Assembly (NCBI GenBank): GCA_039818205.1
Contig: JBCBUK010000017.1
Location: 13,048-77,047, forward strand
Source of the DNA: Verrucomicrobiota bacterium
GTDB taxonomy: Bacteria > Verrucomicrobiota > Verrucomicrobiia > Opitutales > Cerasicoccaceae
DNA length: 64,000 nucleotides
Direction: 5' to 3'
The notes beneath the pieces are model-generated. The model ran no database searches and had not been told where the DNA came from. It saw only the letters and a program-made list of their open reading frames with translations. The stretch's first letter is position 1, and each line of letters starts with the position of its first letter. Below, one piece after another: positions 37,603-45,713 of this stretch. The position numbers and the translations under genes are program-made.

Positions 37603-37635
37603 AAAGCCCTCGGAGTCAAATACTTCGAGGGCTTT
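37603..37635 (+). terminator. Terminator-like hairpin after tRNA-fMet
   Basis: aaagccctcg...cgagggcttt. Confidence 0.7.
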
Positions 37636-37804
37636 GTGGTTTTTGGGGCGGATTTTGCTTAGATGCTGCCGAATGTACGAAAATGCGGGATGATACGCGA
37701 TCGATTGCATGAACCACGTTGCACGAAAAATCTCGTCAGGAATCAGGATCCCGACTTTGCATTTCTGGATTTCATTTCTGTCAGATAGCTGCCACTCAAT
37801 GTCG

Positions 37805-37838
37805 AAAAAGACAACCTCTGCATTGGCTGAGGTTGTCT
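37805..37838 (-). terminator. Terminator downstream of the CMD gene
   Basis: agacaacctc-N10-gaggttgtct hairpin followed by TTTT on the minus strand. Confidence 0.7.
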
Positions 37839-37897
37839 CGATAGAATTCCACCTTCTAGACGCGTGGATTGAGGAGGCGAAGCATTGTTGGAGTCTC

Positions 37898-38215
37898 CTA
37901 CGACTCGATTGGCTCTCCAAGTACGTGTGTGCCGTGGGTGATTGCAGCGCCCGCCCGCAGGGCAGCAGCTACATGGATAGCTTCAGCCAGTTCTTCCTTG
38001 GTTGCTCCGGCATCGATTGCCGCTTGACGGTGGATCTCGATGCAGTAGGTGCATTGCGTGGTAAGTGCCACTGCGATAGCCATCAGTTCCTTATACTTTT
38101 TCGGAATTGCCCCATCAGCCAAAGCTCGCTGGTCGTAGGTCCAAAAGGCACTTGTTGTCGATTTATTGAAATCGCTTAAGTCTTTTAGGCGATCGAGATT
38201 TTTCATGTTGGTCAT
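37898..38215 (-). CDS. Carboxymuconolactone decarboxylase / AhpD-like family protein
   Basis: GAIPKKYKELMAIAVALTTQCTYCIEIH...A...GATKEELAEAIHVAAALRAGAA. Confidence 0.93.
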   Translation of the reverse strand: MTNMKNLDRLKDLSDFNKSTTSAFWTYDQRALADGAIPKKYKELMAIAVALTTQCTYCIEIHRQAAIDAGATKEELAEAIHVAAALRAGAAITHGTHVLGEPIES

Positions 38216-38232
38216 GTTCGTTCCTCGTTCGA

Positions 38233-38436
38233 TTATTGGTTACGACCAGCCATAACTCCGCCATCGACATCCCAGACAGCGCCGGTAATCGATGCAAGCC
38301 GCTCTTTAGCTTCGTCGAGTGCATTCCCATCGCGGGCGACCAAGGTTACTCCTTGGTTACGAGCAACGAGGCGTGATGCTGTCTCAAATCCGATCCCTTT
38401 GGAACCGCCAATAATGTATGTAGTTTCGTTTTTCAT
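38233..38436 (-). pseudogene. Short-chain dehydrogenase/reductase with a large in-frame internal deletion
   Basis: SDR N-terminus (IIGGSKGIGFETA...VARDGNAL) fused directly to the SDR C-terminus (TGAVWDVDGGVMAGRN); 67 aa, no YxxxK. Confidence 0.85.
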
Positions 38437-38484
38437 GATATTTGCTGAGTTGTTTTGAATTTCTACTTTCGAGATAAAATCTAT

Positions 38485-38556
38485 CTATCAGTCGATAGGT
38501 TTAATGGAACCTTACTCGAAGTTTTGACTTTTTCAAATAAATCTATCAGTAGATAG
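38485..38556. promoter_or_regulatory. Two TetR-type operators CTATC-AGT(C/A)-GATAG
   Basis: CTATCAGTCGATAG at 38485-38498 and CTATCAGTAGATAG at 38543-38556 in the divergent SDR/tetR intergenic region. Confidence 0.75.
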
Positions 38557-38571
38557 TTAGAGGTAAGAAAT

Positions 38572-39132
38572 ATGTCGGAAAAACGAGAACAGATCATCCA
38601 AGTCGCTACGGACATGATTCGTAGCGGAGGCTATAATGCGTTTAGCTTCAGGGAGATAGCAGATGCGATCGGGATTAAGAGTTCCTCTGTTCATCACTAT
38701 TTCCGGCGGAAGGAAGACCTTGCGGCGGCAGTTGCCGAACGCTACACGGACGGATTTTTCTCTGATTTGGGCAAATCTAGCTTTGCCGAAGGTGATGTCG
38801 GAGCCGCAATAGATTTGTATGCATCGGTGTTCATTGAGGCTTTCGTAACCTCGGGAAAAGCGTGTCTTTGTGGCGTATTGAGCCACGAATCACCGGCAAT
38901 TCCAGCTCCGGTTCTTGAGCGGGTAGATTCCTTTGTAGAGCGAAATATCGAATGGCTGGTTGCTGCATTTTATGCAGGGGCGGAGTCCGTCAATGGAAAT
39001 CATTCGCGGCGGCTTGCGTTGCTGGTCTACACGGCTCTTAGCGGGTCGATGGCTGTGGCCACGTTGAAAAAGTCAGTCGAGCCAATGGAGTTGGTTCGAG
39101 ACCAACTGGTTCAGCAGCTTTCATCGGCGTAA
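38572..39132 (+). CDS. TetR/AcrR family transcriptional regulator (NemR-like)
   Basis: REQIIQVATDMIRSGGYNAFSFREIADAIGIKSSSVHHYF, CLCGVL. Confidence 0.93.
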   Translation: MSEKREQIIQVATDMIRSGGYNAFSFREIADAIGIKSSSVHHYFRRKEDLAAAVAERYTDGFFSDLGKSSFAEGDVGAAIDLYASVFIEAFVTSGKACLCGVLSHESPAIPAPVLERVDSFVERNIEWLVAAFYAGAESVNGNHSRRLALLVYTALSGSMAVATLKKSVEPMELVRDQLVQQLSSA

Positions 39133-39319
39133 TAGTTGATTTCATCACCGGTTCAAATCAGATCCAGGCGAATCATTCTAGGGTGATTCTCGGGCGATCA
39201 GTGACGGTTCTTTACATTCTAGCCGTTTGTCGGCAGTGTCCCTGTTTTTCAAAACAGTTATTGGTCGCGGTCGTTATCGGCGTGGCTTCCAAATACCCCG
39301 AGGCCACCTATTGCTATTT

Positions 39320-39991
39320 ATGAATGCACCCGCTAAAGATTTTGAACAACTTCCTTGGTTTCACCAAATTGATCTTGGGGATAATCGAAAAACGCCTGGG
39401 AAAGATGATAGTGCCAAGAAGCTTGAGTTCTTGAAGCTGCCGAACGATCTGACCGGAAAGAGCGTTTTGGATATCGGCTGCTGGGATGGATTCTTTTCAT
39501 TTTCGTGTGAACAGCGAAACGCAAAGCGTGTTCTGGCGACCGATCATTTTGCCTGGTCTGATGCCTGCTGGGGAAGCCGTGAATGTATTGATTTTGCGCA
39601 TGCTGCATTGGGCTCTTCGGCGGAGATTATGGAGGCGACTCCGCAAGAGTTGACTCCCGAGCGAGTCGGCAAGTTCGATTTAGTTCTCTACCTTGGCGTG
39701 CTCTATCACGTCAAAAACCCGCTTAAGGAGATCGAACATGTTGCTCAGCTTTGCGATGAAATGTTGGTGCTCGAGACCTTGGTAGACCATCTGAATATTA
39801 AAGATGCGAGCGCAGCATTCTATCCCGGAAAGGAGTGCAACGGGGATCCAACGAATTGGTGGGGGCCGAATCCTGCGTGTGTCATTGGTATGTTGAAGGC
39901 GGCAGGGTTTAGCCGCGTTGAAGTTGCCAACCTACGTAAGTTTGGCGCCTTTGGTAAACAGGGGCGGGCAGTCTTTCACGCCTGGAAATAA
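39320..39991 (+). CDS. Class I SAM-dependent methyltransferase (DUF1698/CmoB-like)
   Basis: WFHQIDLG, VLDIGCWDGFFSF, FDLVLYLGVLYH, TNWW.PN; start at ATG 39320. Confidence 0.88.
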   Translation: MNAPAKDFEQLPWFHQIDLGDNRKTPGKDDSAKKLEFLKLPNDLTGKSVLDIGCWDGFFSFSCEQRNAKRVLATDHFAWSDACWGSRECIDFAHAALGSSAEIMEATPQELTPERVGKFDLVLYLGVLYHVKNPLKEIEHVAQLCDEMLVLETLVDHLNIKDASAAFYPGKECNGDPTNWWGPNPACVIGMLKAAGFSRVEVANLRKFGAFGKQGRAVFHAWK

Positions 39992-40045
39992 GCGCCCATC
40001 ATTGCTCGAGCGATACGGTCTTCGTAGTGCGACGGGCGAACTGTT

Positions 40046-41146
40046 CTACGGTTTGCGTGCGGAAATTAGGTGGTAGTAGCCGAAGTTAGGTTCGCTTTGA
40101 AAATCGACGAAGCCGGCTTGGCTAAGCATTTTTTCAAATTCTGGAAGCGAATACTTGCGGCCCTTTTCGTGCAGCATGAGGATAACATTGCAGCAGCCCA
40201 GGAAAAGCGGACCATCCTTGGTGTCGGCGATTGGCATCTCGTTGAGGATGATTTTTCCGCCGCTATCGAGCGCATCGAAGGATTGTTTGGCTAACTGATG
40301 GCAAGTGTCTGCGTCCCAATCGTGAAAGATGTTGCTGAATACATGGGCGTCGTGGTTCCGAGGAAGAGGCTCGCTGAACATGTCCCCGGTATGCAAGCTG
40401 ACTTGATTGCCAACTTGATGCTGAGCGATGGTCTCTTCCGCCAACTCGCAGACACTGGCTATATCTAACGCGGTGATGCGAATATCGGGGCGTTTAGTCG
40501 CGATTGCGCAGCTGATCGAGCAGGAGCCTGCTCCGACATCCAAAAGTGAGCTGACATCGTCGAGGATTTGATTCTCCGCCAAGGCAAAGCCCGCCGGCAA
40601 GGTGTGGATGTGCATGTAGTCGATAAACTTCTTGATCGATGCCTGATCCAATTGAGCGGCGCCAACGGCGGTATGCGATTTGGCAAACTCGACAAATTCT
40701 TTGGTATCATCCTCGTTCTGCTTGTCTACTCCGGCTTCCATGGGTGCAACCAGATGTGACTCCTCGCGAACGGCCCGCCGAATTGATTCAAGCAGCTCGG
40801 ATCCAGTGGTTAGCTCAGCGGCATAGGCGAGTTTTGCTCCGTAACTGAATGGACTGCTCGGTGAGAGGTATTCCTGGGCTAACCCAGTTGGGGAAAACCG
40901 TTTGTCGGATCCAATTTCCAGAAATCCGGCACCAGCGGAAACCGAGATGAGTGCCTCAGTCGCTCGAGGCGATAGGCCCATTGCGATGGCAGCCTCCTGG
41001 ATCGTCTGTGCTTGCCCGCTGAGGGTAGTGAACAAGCCGATTTCATGGGCCACGGCAATGGCGGGGAGGGCAAGGCTGGTGTAGATCAGATCGTAAATAG
41101 GCTGATCACTAAAATTTGGTTTGGAGAGATTGGAGTCGAAATTCAT
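40046..41146 (-). CDS. O-methyltransferase family 2 (dimerisation domain + SAM domain)
   Basis: LLDVGAGSC, GDMF, FSNIFHDWD, L.SGGKIILNE, G..YS..E...ML..AGF; start at ATG 41146. Confidence 0.9.
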   Translation of the reverse strand: MNFDSNLSKPNFSDQPIYDLIYTSLALPAIAVAHEIGLFTTLSGQAQTIQEAAIAMGLSPRATEALISVSAGAGFLEIGSDKRFSPTGLAQEYLSPSSPFSYGAKLAYAAELTTGSELLESIRRAVREESHLVAPMEAGVDKQNEDDTKEFVEFAKSHTAVGAAQLDQASIKKFIDYMHIHTLPAGFALAENQILDDVSSLLDVGAGSCSISCAIATKRPDIRITALDIASVCELAEETIAQHQVGNQVSLHTGDMFSEPLPRNHDAHVFSNIFHDWDADTCHQLAKQSFDALDSGGKIILNEMPIADTKDGPLFLGCCNVILMLHEKGRKYSLPEFEKMLSQAGFVDFQSEPNFGYYHLISARKP

Positions 41147-41353
41147 TTCGGAGTTTTGGTTGATGAAGACGGATCGACTAAAGCAGCATAATCGACAATT
41201 CTGAGGACTGCCCCACGGGTTTGCGACCGAAAATATTCGAAATGGAGAAGGAGTAATAAGTGACGAAGCAGCGAGGTATGAGCAATGAATGTGACGCAAG
41301 CGTTACGTAGAATGGGTTTGAAAAGCCGCGAAGCCTATTACATATCGAACTGG

Positions 41354-42691
41354 ATGACGGAATGGTATAGGCACGTAAGACTTTTCACGATAATCGTGAC
41401 GTTGGGAGTATTTGCTTCCAGCGCATACGCAGCTACCTTTGGAGATTTCGAGTTCGACGATACCGGATTTGATATCGTTATTACCGGCTACAATGGCTCG
41501 GACACCGATGTGATCATCCCGGATACCATCAACAGTAAGTTTGTGACTGAGATCGACGTGGAAGCATTCTTGGGAAACACGACGATCGAGACCGTGATGC
41601 TCCCAGAGGCTTTGTTGTTTATTCGGGCGCGCGCTTTCAAAGACTGCACGAGTTTGGTTTCAGTAACGGTGCCGGGTAGCGTCCTAGAGATTGGTGAAGC
41701 CGCTTTTCAGGGATGTTCATCCTTAACCAGTTTAGAACTGTCTGACGGTATTGCCGACATCTTTGCCAATGCATTCGAGGGAACCGCTTTGGAACAAGTG
41801 GTGTTCCCTGAAACTATCGGCCTGGTGGAAGCCTCGGCGTTCGCTGCGATTCCTTCGTTAGACGCTCTGTTCTTTCTCGGCAATGCGCCAACGGCCCAGG
41901 CAAACGCATTCGGAGCGGCTAATGATGCCTTCTTTTTTCAGGGAGCAACCGGATTCAGCGAGCCGACCTGGGAGTATGCCACCGGAGAGACCATTGCCTC
42001 GAAAGACCTTGGTGAATTTACGAATACAGCCGAGTGGGTCTTGCTTAACTATCCCAATAGTGGCCGATTCCTGGAAGATGAGACTGGCGCGCCTCGTTCG
42101 CTCTTCCTCAGCTACGCCTTGAATGTCGACCCAAGGGTGCCCACGGCCATTGAGTATCGTGTTGAAGGTGATGAGTTAATCCTCACTTATTATGCGGGGC
42201 GATCGGAACTCACTTACCGGGCAGTTACTTCCACTGATCTAGAAACTTGGACAGAGGTAGGCGTGACCGTTGATCTTGCAGCTCGTCTGGGATACCGTGA
42301 TACATCAGTCACGCGCGGGGATTCTCAGTTCATGCGGGTAGAAATTATTGATCCAAATGCCCCCTTAGTAAGTCTGTCAGTGTCCCAGGATTTTACGGTA
42401 GTAACAGGCTCGAATCCGAATCGAGGCATATACAAAATTCGCTCAATTTATACGGTTGGGGATGAAAATTGGGTGATTGCTTCAAGAGAATTTGATTTAT
42501 TTGCGCTCCAAATCGTGGATCACGTTTTCAAAGATACTGTGACCGTCGAAGCACCTGAACTGGATGTGATTTACTATCTGATCGAACCGCGGGTAACTCC
42601 ATCCTTTGCAGAACCAAACCAGAGATTCATTCAAGGCCTCCATGAGATCGAATCGATTTTAGCTGGTGCAACTCAGATATGGCCGAATTGA
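41354..42691 (+). CDS. Secreted BspA-type (LRR_5) leucine-rich repeat protein
   Basis: Signal peptide; ITGYNGSDTDVIIPDTIN..FVTEI..EAF, I...AF..C.SL.SV..P repeats, FLGNAPT; start is uncertain (41285 or 41354). Confidence 0.88.
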   Translation: MTEWYRHVRLFTIIVTLGVFASSAYAATFGDFEFDDTGFDIVITGYNGSDTDVIIPDTINSKFVTEIDVEAFLGNTTIETVMLPEALLFIRARAFKDCTSLVSVTVPGSVLEIGEAAFQGCSSLTSLELSDGIADIFANAFEGTALEQVVFPETIGLVEASAFAAIPSLDALFFLGNAPTAQANAFGAANDAFFFQGATGFSEPTWEYATGETIASKDLGEFTNTAEWVLLNYPNSGRFLEDETGAPRSLFLSYALNVDPRVPTAIEYRVEGDELILTYYAGRSELTYRAVTSTDLETWTEVGVTVDLAARLGYRDTSVTRGDSQFMRVEIIDPNAPLVSLSVSQDFTVVTGSNPNRGIYKIRSIYTVGDENWVIASREFDLFALQIVDHVFKDTVTVEAPELDVIYYLIEPRVTPSFAEPNQRFIQGLHEIESILAGATQIWPN

Positions 42692-42729
42692 AATTCGAGT
42701 TGATCGGTTTCCGCCAGCTTACATTGGAC

Positions 42730-44151
42730 CTAGAGCGATCGAACAAAGGTTAGCAATTTTCGGCGTTCGTCCTCGCTGAGGTTTACGTAATAGTCGCGTG
42801 ATGCTTCAGCTTCCCCGCCATGCCAAAGAATGGCTTCTTCAATGTTGCGGGCGCGGCCATCGTGGAGGAAGTTGGTGTGACGGTTGACCGTGTAAACCAA
42901 GCCGATTCCCCAAAGTGGTGGAGTGCGCCACTCGCGTCCATTGGCTTCAAACGTTGGACGGTTGTCCGCTAGGCCTTCGCCCATATCGTGCAATAACAGA
43001 TCGGTGTAGGGATGAATGATCTGCTTGGATAATTCGGGCATGTCAGCGATGGATCCTGTCTCGAGGGTGTCCACGTGGCACTTAACACATTGAGCTGCGT
43101 TAAAGAGCTCCCGTCCTTCCTGAATCATGCGGTCATCGTGTGAACGCTGGCCGGGCACGGCGAGTGTCTTGCAATAAAACGTCACAAAGTCCAGGATTTC
43201 ATCACTAACCTCCGGATTGCCACCACTTGCAGCGGAGATTTTCTGGGCGTCCATGTGGTTCTCGCTGGGGAAAAGCGAGGAGGTGATGCCGATGTCTCCA
43301 ACAAACGCCGATGCGACCTGCTGGCGAACGGTTGGCTGCTCAGCTTTCCAGCCAAAGCGACCAGTGGCCAGCGATTGCTTCTCGACGTCCCAGACCAAAT
43401 TGCGGCGTCCAGAGATGCCATCTCCATCTGCGTCGTTCGGATCCTCAAGCTCAATCAGGGTTTCTTCCGGAACCGCCTCAAGCAGACCGAGTCCGATCAT
43501 AATTGGAGCGACCCGAAGCGAGATTTCAAGGTTCTCAGGCAGCTCGCCATACTGAGCTTCTTCAAGGCGTACTACGGGTTTGCGCAAACTGTATTTCGAG
43601 CCGTCGGCAAACTTGCCGGGTATCTCGACCCAATCAATCTCGACTTGCGCTTCAGCATTCTGCCCAAGGACACCATGGTTCTGTATCTGGTCGCCGTAAA
43701 CAGGGTGGGGGACCACCCCGCTTCGCTTCAGGCCTTCGACGGGTTCGTCTCCGGTGCGTGGCATGCTTACGCGGGCGAGCATTGAAAGCATCGATTCTCC
43801 TGGCTTCGGCGGACGGCCCCGCCCATCCTTAACATGACAGGATTGGCAGGACATGGTGTTGAACAATGGACCAAGGCCATCCCGGGCTTTAGTTGATGCG
43901 GGTGCTTCAACCCAAAAGCCCTCGAAAAACGAATTCCCAACAAAGAAATTGTCCTTGCGGGTGAAGCTTAGATTCTGTGCTGGATAACCAAATGCGCCTC
44001 GATCGCTACCCTGGACATCCGGAAGGATTATCGTCGTTTTGCCACCGAGATAGGGTGGCTCCGCGCTTGTATTCAGCGACGCAATAAAACTGGTAGCAAC
44101 ACTTGCGGCGACCAGCCCAATACCCAAGGCCTGTTTTCGAAAATGGATCAT
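42730..44151 (-). CDS. Di-heme oxidoreductase family protein (DUF1111/DHOR)
   Basis: GNSFF..FWV.AP.ST.ARDGLGPLFNTMSCQSCH, GRFGWKA, CVKCH, PYTDLLLHDMG, WRTPPLWGIG, FLHDGRAR. Confidence 0.95.
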   Translation of the reverse strand: MIHFRKQALGIGLVAASVATSFIASLNTSAEPPYLGGKTTIILPDVQGSDRGAFGYPAQNLSFTRKDNFFVGNSFFEGFWVEAPASTKARDGLGPLFNTMSCQSCHVKDGRGRPPKPGESMLSMLARVSMPRTGDEPVEGLKRSGVVPHPVYGDQIQNHGVLGQNAEAQVEIDWVEIPGKFADGSKYSLRKPVVRLEEAQYGELPENLEISLRVAPIMIGLGLLEAVPEETLIELEDPNDADGDGISGRRNLVWDVEKQSLATGRFGWKAEQPTVRQQVASAFVGDIGITSSLFPSENHMDAQKISAASGGNPEVSDEILDFVTFYCKTLAVPGQRSHDDRMIQEGRELFNAAQCVKCHVDTLETGSIADMPELSKQIIHPYTDLLLHDMGEGLADNRPTFEANGREWRTPPLWGIGLVYTVNRHTNFLHDGRARNIEEAILWHGGEAEASRDYYVNLSEDERRKLLTFVRSL

Positions 44152-44163
44152 ACAGAACGAAAT

Positions 44164-45381
44164 CTAAAGTTTTGCTAACTCGCTGACCTCCGCGAGGATT
44201 GCTTCTAGCGTAATGGTTTGCTCTTTGAGCGCATCAATAACCGATTCAATGACAGCGCGCTGATCTTCGTTCTCCGGAAGAATCATACGGTCGAATGGCA
44301 TGTCTTTCGCGGCGGTCTCAAGCAGCTTTGTCGTTATTAGCTTGGTCTTTGAGAACTCAAGACGAAGCTTCTCATCAAGGTCCGGGTTGTAGCGGCGAAC
44401 CAAATTGGACAGTGAAACACCACGAATAGTTTCTCCATCAATGTCCTTCTGCTCACCGTAGTAGAGGCTTTGGATGCCCAATGCATTGTAATAGACCGAA
44501 TACTGTGTTGTATCGCTAAAACAGTTTTGCTCCTCCTCCTGGTCAGCGGCAATAAGGGCCACCCGCATGCGCTCGCCCGCCAACTCGGCGTAGCTAAGGC
44601 TGCCCATACCCGTAAGAATTCGCCAGAGTTGCTCTTCTGATGTAAGCGCTACGAAGTCTTTATAGTAACGTCCGTTTGGACTCCAATCGAGTGCCATGAA
44701 CTGAAGATCTTGCACCAGAACGCGACTAGCAGCCGAGAGATACTTGCTGCGGCGGTCACAATTTCCGTTGGTGCAGGCGCTTCCCTTGAGGTAGTCAGTG
44801 TATGAACGTTTCCCGCCAACCGTTTGGTCCTCGTTTAGGTCTTGTCCCCACAACAAGAACTCAATGGCATGGAAGCCAATGGCAACATTGGTTTCGATAT
44901 CGGTCATCCGTTGGGATGGGGCTTCTTTTGGGTCAGTTCCTGACTGGTATTCGGCAATGATCTCATCGCGAATCGGGTAAGCAGCAATTCCAATGATATT
45001 GTGTCGCGCATGCGGGTTGCCGACGTGATAGACGTAATTGTCGGCGACGTAGTCGATATAGCCTTCATCTAAGGGCCAGGCATTTACCTTACCTTCCCAA
45101 GCGTCCACGTTTGGATTGCCAAAGCGAAACACTTCGGTGAGCGAGTAGGTGTTGTGCGCCTTTAGCCAAGCATCTTTTGCCGCCTGGTGGGATTCAGCAT
45201 CCGGCTTGTTCAAGAAATCGTTAACGCGCTCTTGAAGTTCTTTAGCGTCACGCATCGAAATATCATATCGGGCGTGTGCGATTGCAGCGTAGTGCAGGGC
45301 GGCACGTTGAGAGAACCTTCCGGCACTGGCTTCGAGATATACCACCGTAAGTAAGGCTATTATAATTAGAGGAAATCTCAT
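44164..45381 (-). CDS. Imelysin family iron-regulated protein (IrpA/LruB-like)
   Basis: TEVFRFGN, VNAWPLDEGYIDYV, GFHAIEFLLWGQD (GxHxxE), ELAGERM..AL, EQNCFSDTT. Confidence 0.93.
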   Translation of the reverse strand: MRFPLIIIALLTVVYLEASAGRFSQRAALHYAAIAHARYDISMRDAKELQERVNDFLNKPDAESHQAAKDAWLKAHNTYSLTEVFRFGNPNVDAWEGKVNAWPLDEGYIDYVADNYVYHVGNPHARHNIIGIAAYPIRDEIIAEYQSGTDPKEAPSQRMTDIETNVAIGFHAIEFLLWGQDLNEDQTVGGKRSYTDYLKGSACTNGNCDRRSKYLSAASRVLVQDLQFMALDWSPNGRYYKDFVALTSEEQLWRILTGMGSLSYAELAGERMRVALIAADQEEEQNCFSDTTQYSVYYNALGIQSLYYGEQKDIDGETIRGVSLSNLVRRYNPDLDEKLRLEFSKTKLITTKLLETAAKDMPFDRMILPENEDQRAVIESVIDALKEQTITLEAILAEVSELAKL

Positions 45382-45476
45382 TTTTTAATTGGTTTGCTGA
45401 ATATCGATTGGAAACGGATCTGAGTTTGATCGGATAAACTTTTAGGCGAAATGTCAGTAAGCAGTAGCAAATGGAA

Positions 45477-45493
45477 GTGAGATGAGTTCTCAA
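45477..45493. promoter_or_regulatory. Candidate Fur-family box TGAGA-N5-TCTCA
   Basis: gTGAGAtgagtTCTCAa (minus strand TTGAGAACTCATCTCAC) ~100 nt upstream of the imelysin start; resembles TGAGAATnATTCTCA. Confidence 0.5.
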
Positions 45494-45713
45494 GTCACAT
45501 ATCGCCGTTTAAAGAGACGAAAGAGCAACGTTCCTGTCCCGAAAGTGTTACGGTGTCGGTAGCGTTACGTTTGTGTTTAACGTAGTACACAAACCTTCAC
45601 TTGAATGTTTCGTGAGCCGGTTGACTTCTTGGAGGGTTGCTACTCTGATTCGCCGCATCGTTTTGAGATCATTCCCTCAAAACCCGGCTGACTCTCTTTT
45701 AAATCACCCAAAA

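Noticed and set aside
39150-39160. gttcaaatc match to the tRNA-fMet T-loop as a possible attR
   Set aside because: Only 9 nt, expected by chance, and there is no integrase
45545-45600. Possible Pho box upstream of the phosphatase (GTTAC at 45547 and 45564, TTAAC at 45577, TTCAC at 45596)
   Set aside because: The spacings are not the 11-nt period expected for PhoB/PhoP sites; this cannot be supported without a motif scan
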